64,000 nucleotides of DNA from Dehalococcoidia bacterium. GTDB lineage: Bacteria; Chloroflexota; Dehalococcoidia; Bin125. The notes under the pieces are model-generated. The model was not told the DNA's origin. It saw only the letters and a program-made list of their open reading frames with translations, and did not search any database. The stretch spans positions 2,582,354-2,646,353 of the forward strand of contig OZ253504.1 of the NCBI GenBank assembly GCA_965262235.1, written 5' to 3'. Of this stretch, positions 17,663 to 26,723 are shown in pieces; position 1 is the stretch's first letter; every line of letters begins with the position of its first letter. Made by a program: the position numbers and the translations under genes.

Positions 17663-17681
17663 TCCTCCGCCCCCTCGTTGA

Positions 17682-18116
17682 TTAGCGATTCGGTCGGCGG
17701 TCGGGAACGATCTCGGTCAGAATCCCGTTGGCCGACTTGGGGTGGAAGAAGGATGCGGTGATGTCCTCGATCGGGCCGCCGAAGTCGATGTAACGCAGCC
17801 CGTTCTCGATGAACTGCTTGGTATCTGCGACGACGTTGTCGCTGGCGTAGCCGAGATGGTGCAGACCGGGGCCGTTGCGCTCGAGGAACTTGCCGATCCC
17901 GCTCACGTTGTCGTCGGGCAGCAGGATCTCGATTCGGGTCTCGCCGAGGTTGACCTTGACGAAGAAGATCCTGGTCCGCTCGGGGGCGAAGTAGCCGCCC
18001 TTGGGCATCGGGGTGCGCTCGGGGTCCCAATCGAGCCCCAGCCGGTCGACGAGCACATCGCCAGCCTGTTCCAGGCTGTTCGACACGATCCCGATGTGGT
18101 CCAGGTGGGTGATCAT
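17682..18116 (-). CDS. VOC-family protein resembling methylmalonyl-CoA epimerase
   Basis: HIGIVSNSLEQA...GLHHLGYASDNV...FFHPKSANGILTEIV pattern typical of MCE/glyoxalase-fold enzymes; 144 aa. Confidence 0.65.
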   Translation of the reverse strand: MITHLDHIGIVSNSLEQAGDVLVDRLGLDWDPERTPMPKGGYFAPERTRIFFVKVNLGETRIEILLPDDNVSGIGKFLERNGPGLHHLGYASDNVVADTKQFIENGLRYIDFGGPIEDITASFFHPKSANGILTEIVPDRRPNR

Positions 18117-18167
18117 CTCGTCCTCTTCCGCGCTGCTGCTCGTTGGGGCGTTTGCAAAGACTACTGA

Positions 18168-19502
18168 CTACTGCACGGACCGGATGCGCGGCGACAGCGC
18201 GGCCGTCGCGGCGGTGGCCGCGAGCAGACCGATCGCCATGCCAGCGACGGCCCAGCGGATGCCCAGCCCCTCGGCGAGGAGGCCGAGCACGAACGCGCCG
18301 AGCGACATCAGGCTGAACTGCATCATCAGCACCGACATCGCGCGCCCGCGGAACGCCGGCTCGGCGTGCTCCTGGATCAGCGTGGCCGAGACCGACATGC
18401 GCCCCGATTGGCCGACGCCCAACACGAGCATCAGCGCCAGTGAGAGCCAGAGCCAGGAGGAGACGGCGATGCCGAGCACGCCGAGGCCGAGCAGTGCGCT
18501 GAGGCCGAGCAGCAGCCAGCCGCGCCGACGCCGGGCCATGCCGGCGAGTCGCAATGAGGCGAGCAACGCTCCAGCGGCGGACACCATGCCGAATGCGCCG
18601 GCCAGGGCGGCGTCGGCGCCGAACACATCCTGCACGAAGCCCGGCAGCATCGGCTGAAACGGCATGCCCAGCGCGGAGACGACGAACGAGAGCAGCAGGA
18701 TCATCCGCAGCGTGCGATGTCCGGCCATGTAGCGGAAGCCAGCCGCCATGTCGGTCAGGGCTTCGCGAGGTCCGCCCACGCCGCCCGTCGCCTGCGCCGG
18801 GACGCGCGGCACCTTGAACATCGTTACGATCGCGATCAGGTAGCCGGCGGCCATCACGTAGAACGTGCCGCCCGCGCCAATGCTGTAGAGCAACAGCCCG
18901 CCGAGGCCGGGGCCGACGAACTGCATGATGTTCATCGCGGCGGCGGCGAGCGAGACGCCGTTCATCAGCCGCTCGCGGCTCACGATCTCGGAGACCATCG
19001 ACTGGCGCGCGGGCACCATCATCGCGACCAGCACGCCCTGGAAGACGGCCGAAGCGATCAGGTGCCAGAACTCAAGGACGCCCAGCACGGCCAGCGTGCC
19101 GATCGTGAGCGTGTTTGCCAGGCCGATGATCTGGAAGACCTGCGTGACCGTCTTCTTGGGGAAGCGGTCGGCCACGACCCCTCCGTAGGGCCCGAGCAGG
19201 AGCTGCGGCAGGGCGGAGCCGATCGCGACGACGCCGAGTGCGAAATACGAATCGGTGAGCTCGAAGACGAGGAACGAGCGGACGAAGATCTGCATGATCG
19301 CCGCGCCCATCTGCCCGAGCGTGGAGACGAAGAACCAGGCGAACGCGGGCTCGGAGAATGAGGCGAACGTGCGCGAGCGTCCGAACAAGGCGTGGAGCAG
19401 GGAGTTCTGCGACGCAGCTCCGTTGGGCGAGCGCTGGCCGGCCGATCGCGCGACCAGGTCGGGCTGCGGACGAGCAGGCGGGCGCTGCGGGGCGGGGGGC
19501 AC
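18168..19502 (-). CDS. MFS transporter
   Basis: About 12 predicted TM helices with the GPYGGVVADRFPKK MFS loop motif; 444 aa. Confidence 0.8.
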   Translation of the reverse strand: MPPAPQRPPARPQPDLVARSAGQRSPNGAASQNSLLHALFGRSRTFASFSEPAFAWFFVSTLGQMGAAIMQIFVRSFLVFELTDSYFALGVVAIGSALPQLLLGPYGGVVADRFPKKTVTQVFQIIGLANTLTIGTLAVLGVLEFWHLIASAVFQGVLVAMMVPARQSMVSEIVSRERLMNGVSLAAAAMNIMQFVGPGLGGLLLYSIGAGGTFYVMAAGYLIAIVTMFKVPRVPAQATGGVGGPREALTDMAAGFRYMAGHRTLRMILLLSFVVSALGMPFQPMLPGFVQDVFGADAALAGAFGMVSAAGALLASLRLAGMARRRRGWLLLGLSALLGLGVLGIAVSSWLWLSLALMLVLGVGQSGRMSVSATLIQEHAEPAFRGRAMSVLMMQFSLMSLGAFVLGLLAEGLGIRWAVAGMAIGLLAATAATAALSPRIRSVQ

Positions 19503-19603
19503 TGCCCAACGTTAGAGGTGGCCGCCGCTAAATGCGGTCTGGTGCAGGTTGCCGCGGGTTGGGGCGGTGGAACATGCCAGCAGGGTTCGATGCGTTGGGG
19601 CAG

Positions 19604-20296
19604 CTAATCCCACAGCCGCGCGAAGTCGAGCGTGAAATCGGGCAGGACCTCTTCGCCCGAGATGGTCTCGGGGCGCTCCAGCCGTTCGGGCTCGGAGCCG
19701 TCGGCTCGGTAAATCCAGACCAGTTCGCGCAGCGGGTCGATCAGCCAGCCGAGCTGCGCGCCGAAGCGCATCCACTCATCCATGCGCCGCCGCTGCGAGG
19801 CGACTGTCTCGCTTGGTGAGATGATCTCGACGACCAGTGCGGGGCAGAGGCTAGGCAGGCCGTGTTTGCGCTCGTAGGTGCTCAGCGAATCGAACTGTTC
19901 CTGGGTCATCCAGGAGACATCGGGAATCCGCACCGCGCCGACGGCGCGCTCGGGATCAACGGGTCCATCAGGGTCTTCGAGCCGGAATCCGCCGCTTGCG
20001 TCACGGACATCCCCGCCCGCCCCGGCCCAGGTCCAGATCATGATCTGAGTCACGATCCGCGCGCCGAACGAGGGACTCTCGCCATTCGGTGAGGGAGAGA
20101 TGATCAGGTCTCCTTCCGAGGTGCGCTCGAACGGCCCGAGTTCGTTGAGAGCCGCTAGCTCTGAGAGGGTCCAGTCGGTCAGCCGCCACTCGGAAGGGAG
20201 GCGGAGCACGATCGGGTCGCGAGCGGTCGCGAACTCCTCGATCGCCGGGGCGACGGTCGGCTTGGCGGGAGTGGAGACCATGAACTCCTCCGTCAC
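19604..20296 (-). CDS. Uma2-family (DUF820) putative restriction-endonuclease-like protein
   Basis: PALVVEIISPSE...RRRMDEWMRFGAQLGWLIDP matches the Uma2 PD-(D/E)xK-like core. Paralog of the gene at 36653-37342. Confidence 0.7.
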   Translation of the reverse strand: MTEEFMVSTPAKPTVAPAIEEFATARDPIVLRLPSEWRLTDWTLSELAALNELGPFERTSEGDLIISPSPNGESPSFGARIVTQIMIWTWAGAGGDVRDASGGFRLEDPDGPVDPERAVGAVRIPDVSWMTQEQFDSLSTYERKHGLPSLCPALVVEIISPSETVASQRRRMDEWMRFGAQLGWLIDPLRELVWIYRADGSEPERLERPETISGEEVLPDFTLDFARLWD

Positions 20297-20350
20297 TCGT
20301 TGTCTTCACCCATGATACGGATGCTGCGGGCGCAGTGTCGGGCCGCGCAG

Positions 20351-21127
20351 CTAGCCGCCGTAGACCCAGCCGGTGTAGAGCGACGTGAGCGGGCGGCCGA
20401 CGGCCGACTCCACCGCGCCGTCGACGACCCGCGAGAGGGCCAGCACGTGGCCGCCGACCGGGACGAACTGCTCGACCTCGCAGGCGATCCAGGAGAGCGC
20501 GTCGTCCAGGACCGGCGCGCCGCCGTCGAACAGCCGGTGCGCGACGCCGCGCATCTTGTCGGGCTTCTCATGGAGCGTGCTGCGACCCTTGATCTTGCTC
20601 GGGTCGGAGGGTTGTAGGAACGTGGCGGCGAGGTCCATGCCGGATTCGGGCAGGATGTTGACGGTCAGTTGGCGCGTCGCGCGCGCGTTCTTCAGCGATG
20701 TCGAGTCGCGCTCGAAGGCGATGCAGACGACGCGTGGATTGAACGAGACCTGCATCACCCAGTCGGCGACCATGACGTTCGGGTTGCCGTCCGCGGTGAC
20801 CGTTCCGATCACGTAGACGCCGTAGGGCAGGGAGTGGAGCGCTTCACGGATGCTGACATCCTGGCGCCGCTCGCGGCGGGTCAGCGCCGTCGTGTTGTTC
20901 GTCGGAATGATCGGTTCAACGGTCGGCGCGTCGGCCGCGAGCAGCAGTTCGACCGCGGCGTTGATTTCGAGCATTCGCTCGCCGGCGGCCTCGTCGTCGG
21001 GATTCTGGTCGGGGTGGAAGACACGCGCGAGGCGTCGGTAGCGGTCGCGGATCGCGCCCGCGTCGGCATCGATGCCGACCCCGAGCAGGTCCGCGGCTTC
21101 GGCCATCGAGTTGGGGATCGGCATCAA
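20351..21127 (-). CDS. J-domain (DnaJ-like) protein fused to a flavin-reductase-like FMN-binding domain
   Basis: N-terminal RDRYRRLARVFHPDQN (HPD motif), then GVYVIGTVTADGNPNVMVADWVMQVSFNPRVVCIAF (flavin reductase-like split barrel). Confidence 0.65.
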   Translation of the reverse strand: MMPIPNSMAEAADLLGVGIDADAGAIRDRYRRLARVFHPDQNPDDEAAGERMLEINAAVELLLAADAPTVEPIIPTNNTTALTRRERRQDVSIREALHSLPYGVYVIGTVTADGNPNVMVADWVMQVSFNPRVVCIAFERDSTSLKNARATRQLTVNILPESGMDLAATFLQPSDPSKIKGRSTLHEKPDKMRGVAHRLFDGGAPVLDDALSWIACEVEQFVPVGGHVLALSRVVDGAVESAVGRPLTSLYTGWVYGG

Positions 21128-21137
21128 TTTCGTCCGT

Positions 21138-23291
21138 TCAGTCGGCCGACCGCAGGTGGCGGTCGAAGTACTCGGCGAGTTTGCGTTCCTGGTATTCGAG
21201 GCCGGCGGCGTCGCGCGGCATGTGCCGCTCCTGGGGGAAGAGCAACAGGTCGTAGTCCTTGCCCGCGGCGGTCAGCGCCGTGATCAGCCGCGCGGTGTGG
21301 CGGAAGTGCACGTTCTCGTCGATTCCGCCGTGCACGAGCAGGAGCTGCCCCTGGAGTTTGTTGGCGTGCGTGAGCAGCGAGGCTTCGCGATAGCCCTCGG
21401 CGTTCGACTGCGGCGTGGCCATGTAGCGCTCGGTGTAGCCCGTGTCGTAGCCGTCCCAGTCGGAGACGGGCGCGCCGGCGACGCCGACGCGGAACAGGTC
21501 GGGCCGGCGCAGCATCGACATCACCGTCATATATCCGCCGTAGGACCAGCCGTAGACGCCGACTCGGCCAGGGTCGGCGTCGCCCGAGTCGGCGAGCTGC
21601 TGCACCGCGGCCGCCTGGTCGTCGACCTCGATCGTGCCCATCCGCTGGTGCAGATGCGCCTCGAACTGGAGCCCGCGGCCGGCCATCCCGCGGTTGTCGA
21701 GCTTGAGCACGAGGAAGCCCTGCTGGGCGAGGTATTGCGCGCGCATGTCGACTGTCAGCCCCCATGCGTCGAGCACGGTCTGGGCGTGCGGCCCGCCGTA
21801 GACGGCGACGAGTAGCGGCGCCGGGCCGTCGGCGGACGATTCGGGCGGGCGGTAGAGCGCGCCGTAGAGGTCGGAGCCATCGGCGGCGCGGAAGGTCCGA
21901 AGCAGCGGCGGCGCGAGGCCCAGTGACGGCGCCGTGACGTCCGGCTGCTCGTAAAGCATGGTCGCCGCTGAGCCATCGGTGCGCTGCACGCGGACGCAGG
22001 GGGCGCGTTCGAGCGATGAGCCGACGGTCGCGAGCCACTCGCCGTCACGCGACAGCACTCCGCCCTGCACTCCACCGGCTTCGCTCAACCGCTCAGGCTC
22101 GCCGCCAGCGAGCGGGACGCGATAGATGTGGCGTTGCAGGGGCGACTCGCGGGTCGCACCGAAGTAGATCAGGCCCCGTTCCTCGTCGACGCCGACCAGG
22201 TCCGTCACCATCCATTCGCCCTCGGTCAGCGTGCAGACGAGCGAGCCGTCGTCGCTGCGCAGCGAGAGGTGGCGGAAGCCGGAAGCTTCGCTGGCCCAGA
22301 GGAAACTGCCGTCGTCGAGCCCGCGGGCCTCATCGCCGATGTTGATCCAGGGCGACTGTTGCTCGTCGATCAAGGTTTCGGCTGCGCCGTCTGTGCTGTC
22401 TGTGCCGAACGCGATGAGGCGCAGACGGTCCTGCTTGCGGTTGAGCCATTGGGCGACGAGCCGGCCGGCCGGCGCACCGGGCTGCGGCCACCAGGCGACA
22501 CGCACCAGGTAGCCGTCCTCATCGGGCAGTTCGAGCCAGCGGATCGGGCCGCCGGCGGCGGGGACCACGCCGAGCTGCGCGGTGGCGTTGGCCGCTCCTG
22601 AGAAGGGATAGCGGTGGCGTTCGACCTCGGGCCGGTCCATGCCCTGGTGGACGATCGGGTACTCGGGGATGTGCCGCGAGTCGACGCGCACCAGCGCGAT
22701 CTGCTGCCCATCGCGGCTCCACCAGTGGCCGCGCAGCTGGCCGAACTCCTCCTGCGCGATGTAGTCGGCGAGGCCGAGCGTCAGGCCGTCCTCGGCCTCG
22801 TTGGTCAGGCGGGTCAGTTCGCCGCTCTCGCGGTCGAGCACGTGCAGATCGCCATCGCGTACGAACGAGACGCGGCCGCCATCGGGGCTGAGAGTGGGCT
22901 CGACCGCGGCTTCGGTGTCCCGCAGCTCTGCGGGGTCGCCGTCGCCCACGACGACTCGCAGGAGCGGGCCGCCGGGGATTAGCAGGACGGGCGGGTCGGC
23001 GTCGCGCGCCCACGAGTAGGACGTGACGCCGAGTTCGCGGGTGCGGGTGCGCTCGCGGCGCAGCTCTTCTTCGCGCGTCAGCTCGGCGGGGGCGTCGTCG
23101 GGGCCGACGAGGACGCTGCGTTCGCCGGTCTCGAGATCGACGCGCCAGAGCGACCGCACGAGGCTGCCCGACGCGCTGTGGAGCCAGGTCAAGGCGCTTC
23201 CGTCAGGCATGAAGCCGATGCCGGCGGGGCCGGCCATGCCGGGCCGCGGGTAGCTGGCGACCTGCGCGAGGGTGAGGCGCTGATTGGTCAC
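21138..23291 (-). CDS. S9 family serine peptidase (dipeptidyl-peptidase / prolyl oligopeptidase type)
   Basis: N-terminal beta-propeller-like region plus C-terminal alpha/beta hydrolase with GWSYGG nucleophile elbow; 717 aa. Confidence 0.85.
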   Translation of the reverse strand: MTNQRLTLAQVASYPRPGMAGPAGIGFMPDGSALTWLHSASGSLVRSLWRVDLETGERSVLVGPDDAPAELTREEELRRERTRTRELGVTSYSWARDADPPVLLIPGGPLLRVVVGDGDPAELRDTEAAVEPTLSPDGGRVSFVRDGDLHVLDRESGELTRLTNEAEDGLTLGLADYIAQEEFGQLRGHWWSRDGQQIALVRVDSRHIPEYPIVHQGMDRPEVERHRYPFSGAANATAQLGVVPAAGGPIRWLELPDEDGYLVRVAWWPQPGAPAGRLVAQWLNRKQDRLRLIAFGTDSTDGAAETLIDEQQSPWINIGDEARGLDDGSFLWASEASGFRHLSLRSDDGSLVCTLTEGEWMVTDLVGVDEERGLIYFGATRESPLQRHIYRVPLAGGEPERLSEAGGVQGGVLSRDGEWLATVGSSLERAPCVRVQRTDGSAATMLYEQPDVTAPSLGLAPPLLRTFRAADGSDLYGALYRPPESSADGPAPLLVAVYGGPHAQTVLDAWGLTVDMRAQYLAQQGFLVLKLDNRGMAGRGLQFEAHLHQRMGTIEVDDQAAAVQQLADSGDADPGRVGVYGWSYGGYMTVMSMLRRPDLFRVGVAGAPVSDWDGYDTGYTERYMATPQSNAEGYREASLLTHANKLQGQLLLVHGGIDENVHFRHTARLITALTAAGKDYDLLLFPQERHMPRDAAGLEYQERKLAEYFDRHLRSAD

Positions 23292-24709
23292 GCGGACAGC
23301 GCCTCGCGGCGGAGCGCTTCGATTTCGTCGGCGTCGCTGGGCAGGGCCGCGCTGAGCACCTCGCAGCCGTCGGCGGTGACCAGCACGTCGTCCTCGATGC
23401 GAATCCCGCCAAACTCAGCCTCGGAGCTGAGCAGCGCATCGATGCGGTCCCAGTTCGCCTGTTCGCGGTAACGTCGGCGGCGCTCGGGATCGGTCAGGAG
23501 CGCGGGGATGAAATAGATGCCCGGCTCGACGGTGACGACATAACCCGGCTCGAGCGGTAGGTCTGCGCGCAGGTAGGCGAGCCCGAATCGGTCTTCGGGA
23601 ACGCGGCCTTCGAGGTACCCGCCGCAGTCGTGAGTGGCCAGCCCGAGCATGTGCCCGAGGCCGTGAGGGAAGAAGAGGGCGTGTGCGTCGGATGCGACCA
23701 GGTCGCCGGCTGCGCCGACCAGAATGCCGGCGTCGACGAGGCCCTCAGCGATGGTCTGGGAGGCCTGGAGGTGGAGCTGCTTGTATTCGACGCCCGGCCG
23801 CAGCGCGTTGATCGCCGCTCGTTGCGCGGTCAGCACCACGTCGTAGAGGTGGCGCTGGAGCGGTGTGAACGCTGCGGCGACGGGGAAGGTGCGGGAGACA
23901 TCGCTGGCGTAGCCGTGTACCTCGGGGCCGGCGTCGATCAGGACGAGCTCGCCGTCGTTGAGAACGCGATCGCCCGGCGTTCCATGCAGGATCGCAGAGT
24001 TGGGCCCGCTGCCGACGATTGACCCGTAGGCGGTGCGCTGCCCGCCGAAGCGGAAGAACTCGGCCTCCAATTCGATCTGCACGGCTCGCTCGGTCAGCCC
24101 GGCACGGGCGAATCGCCAGGCGCGCAGGTGGCCCTCAACGGCGGCGTCGACGGCGCGGCGCATGTGCGAGAGTTCGAGTGCATCCTTGGCACGCCGACGC
24201 TCGGCGAGCGCCTTGCCGACGCGCTCGGTTGCGCCGTCGTCCACGACCACTTCAAGCGCCGACCAATTCTCGACGCCGTACTCGGCGCCGCGCTGCTCGA
24301 TGTCGCGGTTGCCGAGCAGGGCCAGCGGGAGGCCGCGGCGTGCGTTGAGCCAAGCGCCGAGCGCTGAGAAGTCGTCGGTCTCGATTCCCGTGCGCTCCGC
24401 CTGTTGGTCGGCAGTGGGCGGCTCGCTCATCCAGACGCGGTCGTCGATCGAGAGCGAGGGCGTGAACAGCCGCCAGCCAGCATCGGCCTCCCAGACCAGC
24501 GTGGCGCCGGGCTCAGCGACACCGCTGAGGTACTGAAACTCGGGGTGAGCGTGGAAGTCGTGGAACTGGTCGGTGCCGTCGATTGGGATCGGGACGCCGG
24601 CGGCGGCCACGACTGGGCCAGGTTTGCCTGCAGGGCCGGAGAGGCCGCGCCAGGCGTCTTCAACGCGCGCGCGGCGGGCCTGCAGAGCGTCGGCAGGATT
24701 GGCGGTCAT
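23288..24709 (-). CDS. pepP: Xaa-Pro aminopeptidase (M24B)
   Basis: HGLGHMLGLATHD and VTVEPGIY metal-ligand motifs; 4-bp overlap with the downstream S9 peptidase gene. Confidence 0.85.
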   Translation of the reverse strand: MTANPADALQARRARVEDAWRGLSGPAGKPGPVVAAAGVPIPIDGTDQFHDFHAHPEFQYLSGVAEPGATLVWEADAGWRLFTPSLSIDDRVWMSEPPTADQQAERTGIETDDFSALGAWLNARRGLPLALLGNRDIEQRGAEYGVENWSALEVVVDDGATERVGKALAERRRAKDALELSHMRRAVDAAVEGHLRAWRFARAGLTERAVQIELEAEFFRFGGQRTAYGSIVGSGPNSAILHGTPGDRVLNDGELVLIDAGPEVHGYASDVSRTFPVAAAFTPLQRHLYDVVLTAQRAAINALRPGVEYKQLHLQASQTIAEGLVDAGILVGAAGDLVASDAHALFFPHGLGHMLGLATHDCGGYLEGRVPEDRFGLAYLRADLPLEPGYVVTVEPGIYFIPALLTDPERRRRYREQANWDRIDALLSSEAEFGGIRIEDDVLVTADGCEVLSAALPSDADEIEALRREALSA

Positions 24710-24730
24710 GGACTCAAGTGTACCGACGGT

Positions 24731-26695
24731 TCAGGTCTCGACGGCGACCACCTCAACGAGCAGCTGCCCCTCTTCGACCGTCGCCCCGGCTTCGCAGCGG
24801 ACCGAGGCGACGCGCCCACCGGCGAGCGCCGGCAGCAGGTGCTCCATCTTCATCGCCTCGAGCACGACCAGCGTCTGACCGGCCTCGACGAGATCGCCCT
24901 CGGCGACGAGCACCGCCGCGATCGTGCCCGGCATCGGCGCGTGGACCGCGTTGGAGCCGCCCGCGCGTCGCCGCGTCCCGGCGGAGCGGTCGCGTTCGGC
25001 GGTCGTGAAGGCCCATGAGCGCTCGCCGTGGCCGACGATCACACCCCATCGGGAGCGTTGTGTCGACCACGATTGGCGACTCCGGGCGATGCTGAGTTCG
25101 AGCCCATCCGCCGTGCGGTGAGCGTTGACGGTGGTGTTTGCGCCGCCGTCGACGCTCGCCTCCCACGTGGCGTTCGCACCCACGACGCGTTGCAGGGTGA
25201 CGGTGTGCTCGCTGCCATGCAGCGCCAGCCGCGCGGTGGTGTCGCCGGACGAGCGCCAGCCGCCGGTCGCGCCCTCGATGCGCGGCAGCGCGGCATCGAG
25301 CGCCGCCGCGATGAGCGCTGCGTTCGGCGTGTCGCGCGGCCCGAGCTCGGTGCGCTCCAGCCAGCCGACATCAACGCCGCCGGAGCGAAAATCGTCGGAG
25401 CTGAGGATGCCGACAAGCTGGTTGACGTTGGTGCGCAGGCCGGCGATCGCCGTGCCTTCGAGCGCCGCGACCGAGCGCGTCAGCGCTTCCTCGCGATCGG
25501 CGCCGTGCGCGATCACCTTGCCGAGCAGCGGGTCGTAGTGCGGCGTGACTGCGGAGCCCGCTGCGACGCCGAGATCGTTGCGCACGCCGGCCGCGCTTGA
25601 GGGCGCGAACCAGGTCAGCCGACCGATCGAGGGGAGGTAGTCGCGGGTTGGGTCCTCGGCGTAGACGCGCGACTCGATGGCGTGGCCCTGCCAGTGAATC
25701 TCGGTCTGCGAGATCGGCAGTTCCTCGCCCATCGCGATGCGTAGCTGCAGCTCGACCAGGTCGAGGCCCGTGACGGCCTCGGTGACAGGATGCTCGACCT
25801 GCAGGCGGGTGTTGACCTCGAGGAAGACGAACTCGTTGTCGGGCAGCAGCAGGAACTCAACCGTGCCCGCATTCTGGTAACCCGCCGCGCCGATGATCGC
25901 GAGGGCGGCCTCGCCGAGGCGGTGGCGCAGGTCGTCGTCGACGCCCGGCGCCGGCGCCTCTTCGATGACCTTCTGGCGGCGGCGCTGCACGGAGCAGTCG
26001 CGCTCGCCGAGATGGACGGCGTTGCCGAATCGGTCGGCGAGGACCTGCACCTCGACGTGGCGGCCGTCAACGATCGCCCGTTCGACGAGCAGGCGGCCGT
26101 CTCCGAAGGCCGACTCGGCTTCGCGGCGCGCGGATGCGATGGTCTCCACCAGGTCGTCGGGCGCTTCGGTCAGCAGCCGCATGCCGCGCCCGCCGCCGCC
26201 GGCGGCTGCCTTGAGCATCACGGGGTAGCCGAGCTGCCCGATCGCCGCGGCCAACGCTTCGTCGCCCTCGTCCTGCTCGATCCCGTCTGCAACGGGGACG
26301 CCCGCTGCGACCGCGAGCTGCCGGGCCTGCGCCTTGTCGCCGAGCTGCGACATCACGTCGGCCGGGGGGCCGATCCAGACCAGGCCGGCGTTGGCGCAGG
26401 CGCGCGCGAACTCGGCGTTCTCCGAGAGAAAGCCGTAGCCGGGGTGCACCGCATCGGCGCCCGAGCGCGCCGCGGCGTCGAGCAGCGCGGGGATGTTGAG
26501 ATAACTCTGAGCAGCGGGCGCCGCGCCGATCGGGATCGCGGCGTCTGCTGCGCGCACGTGCAGGGCCCCGCGGTCGGCGTCGGAGTAGACCGCGATCGAG
26601 TGCACGCCGAGTTCGCGGCAGGTGCGCGCGATCCGGACGGCGATCTCGCCGCGGTTGGCGATCAGCACGGCGCGGGGCAGCAGCGTGTTGGGCAT
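24731..26695 (-). CDS. acyl-CoA carboxylase alpha subunit (biotin carboxylase + biotin carboxyl carrier domains)
   Basis: N-terminal AVLIANRGEIAVRIARTCRELG biotin carboxylase signature; C-terminal VLEAMKMEH biotinylation motif; 654 aa. Confidence 0.85.
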   Translation of the reverse strand: MPNTLLPRAVLIANRGEIAVRIARTCRELGVHSIAVYSDADRGALHVRAADAAIPIGAAPAAQSYLNIPALLDAAARSGADAVHPGYGFLSENAEFARACANAGLVWIGPPADVMSQLGDKAQARQLAVAAGVPVADGIEQDEGDEALAAAIGQLGYPVMLKAAAGGGGRGMRLLTEAPDDLVETIASARREAESAFGDGRLLVERAIVDGRHVEVQVLADRFGNAVHLGERDCSVQRRRQKVIEEAPAPGVDDDLRHRLGEAALAIIGAAGYQNAGTVEFLLLPDNEFVFLEVNTRLQVEHPVTEAVTGLDLVELQLRIAMGEELPISQTEIHWQGHAIESRVYAEDPTRDYLPSIGRLTWFAPSSAAGVRNDLGVAAGSAVTPHYDPLLGKVIAHGADREEALTRSVAALEGTAIAGLRTNVNQLVGILSSDDFRSGGVDVGWLERTELGPRDTPNAALIAAALDAALPRIEGATGGWRSSGDTTARLALHGSEHTVTLQRVVGANATWEASVDGGANTTVNAHRTADGLELSIARSRQSWSTQRSRWGVIVGHGERSWAFTTAERDRSAGTRRRAGGSNAVHAPMPGTIAAVLVAEGDLVEAGQTLVVLEAMKMEHLLPALAGGRVASVRCEAGATVEEGQLLVEVVAVET

Positions 26696-26723
26696 GGCGC
26701 GAGTCTAGACTCGCGCCATGCCC
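26690..26723. promoter_or_regulatory. 34-bp perfect palindrome spanning both divergent start codons (candidate shared operator)
   Basis: gggcatggcgcgagtctagactcgcgccatgccc equals its own reverse complement. It contains the CAT (minus-strand ATG) of the carboxylase gene and the ATG of the PurO-like gene. Confidence 0.5.

Noticed and set aside
21124-22038. 304-aa Arg-rich minus-strand ORF and several similar ORFs (e.g. 8662-9114, 15557-16156, 24583-25008)
   Set aside because: Alternative frames of genes with strong family signatures; extreme Arg/Pro/Ala bias indicates non-coding frames of GC-rich DNA.
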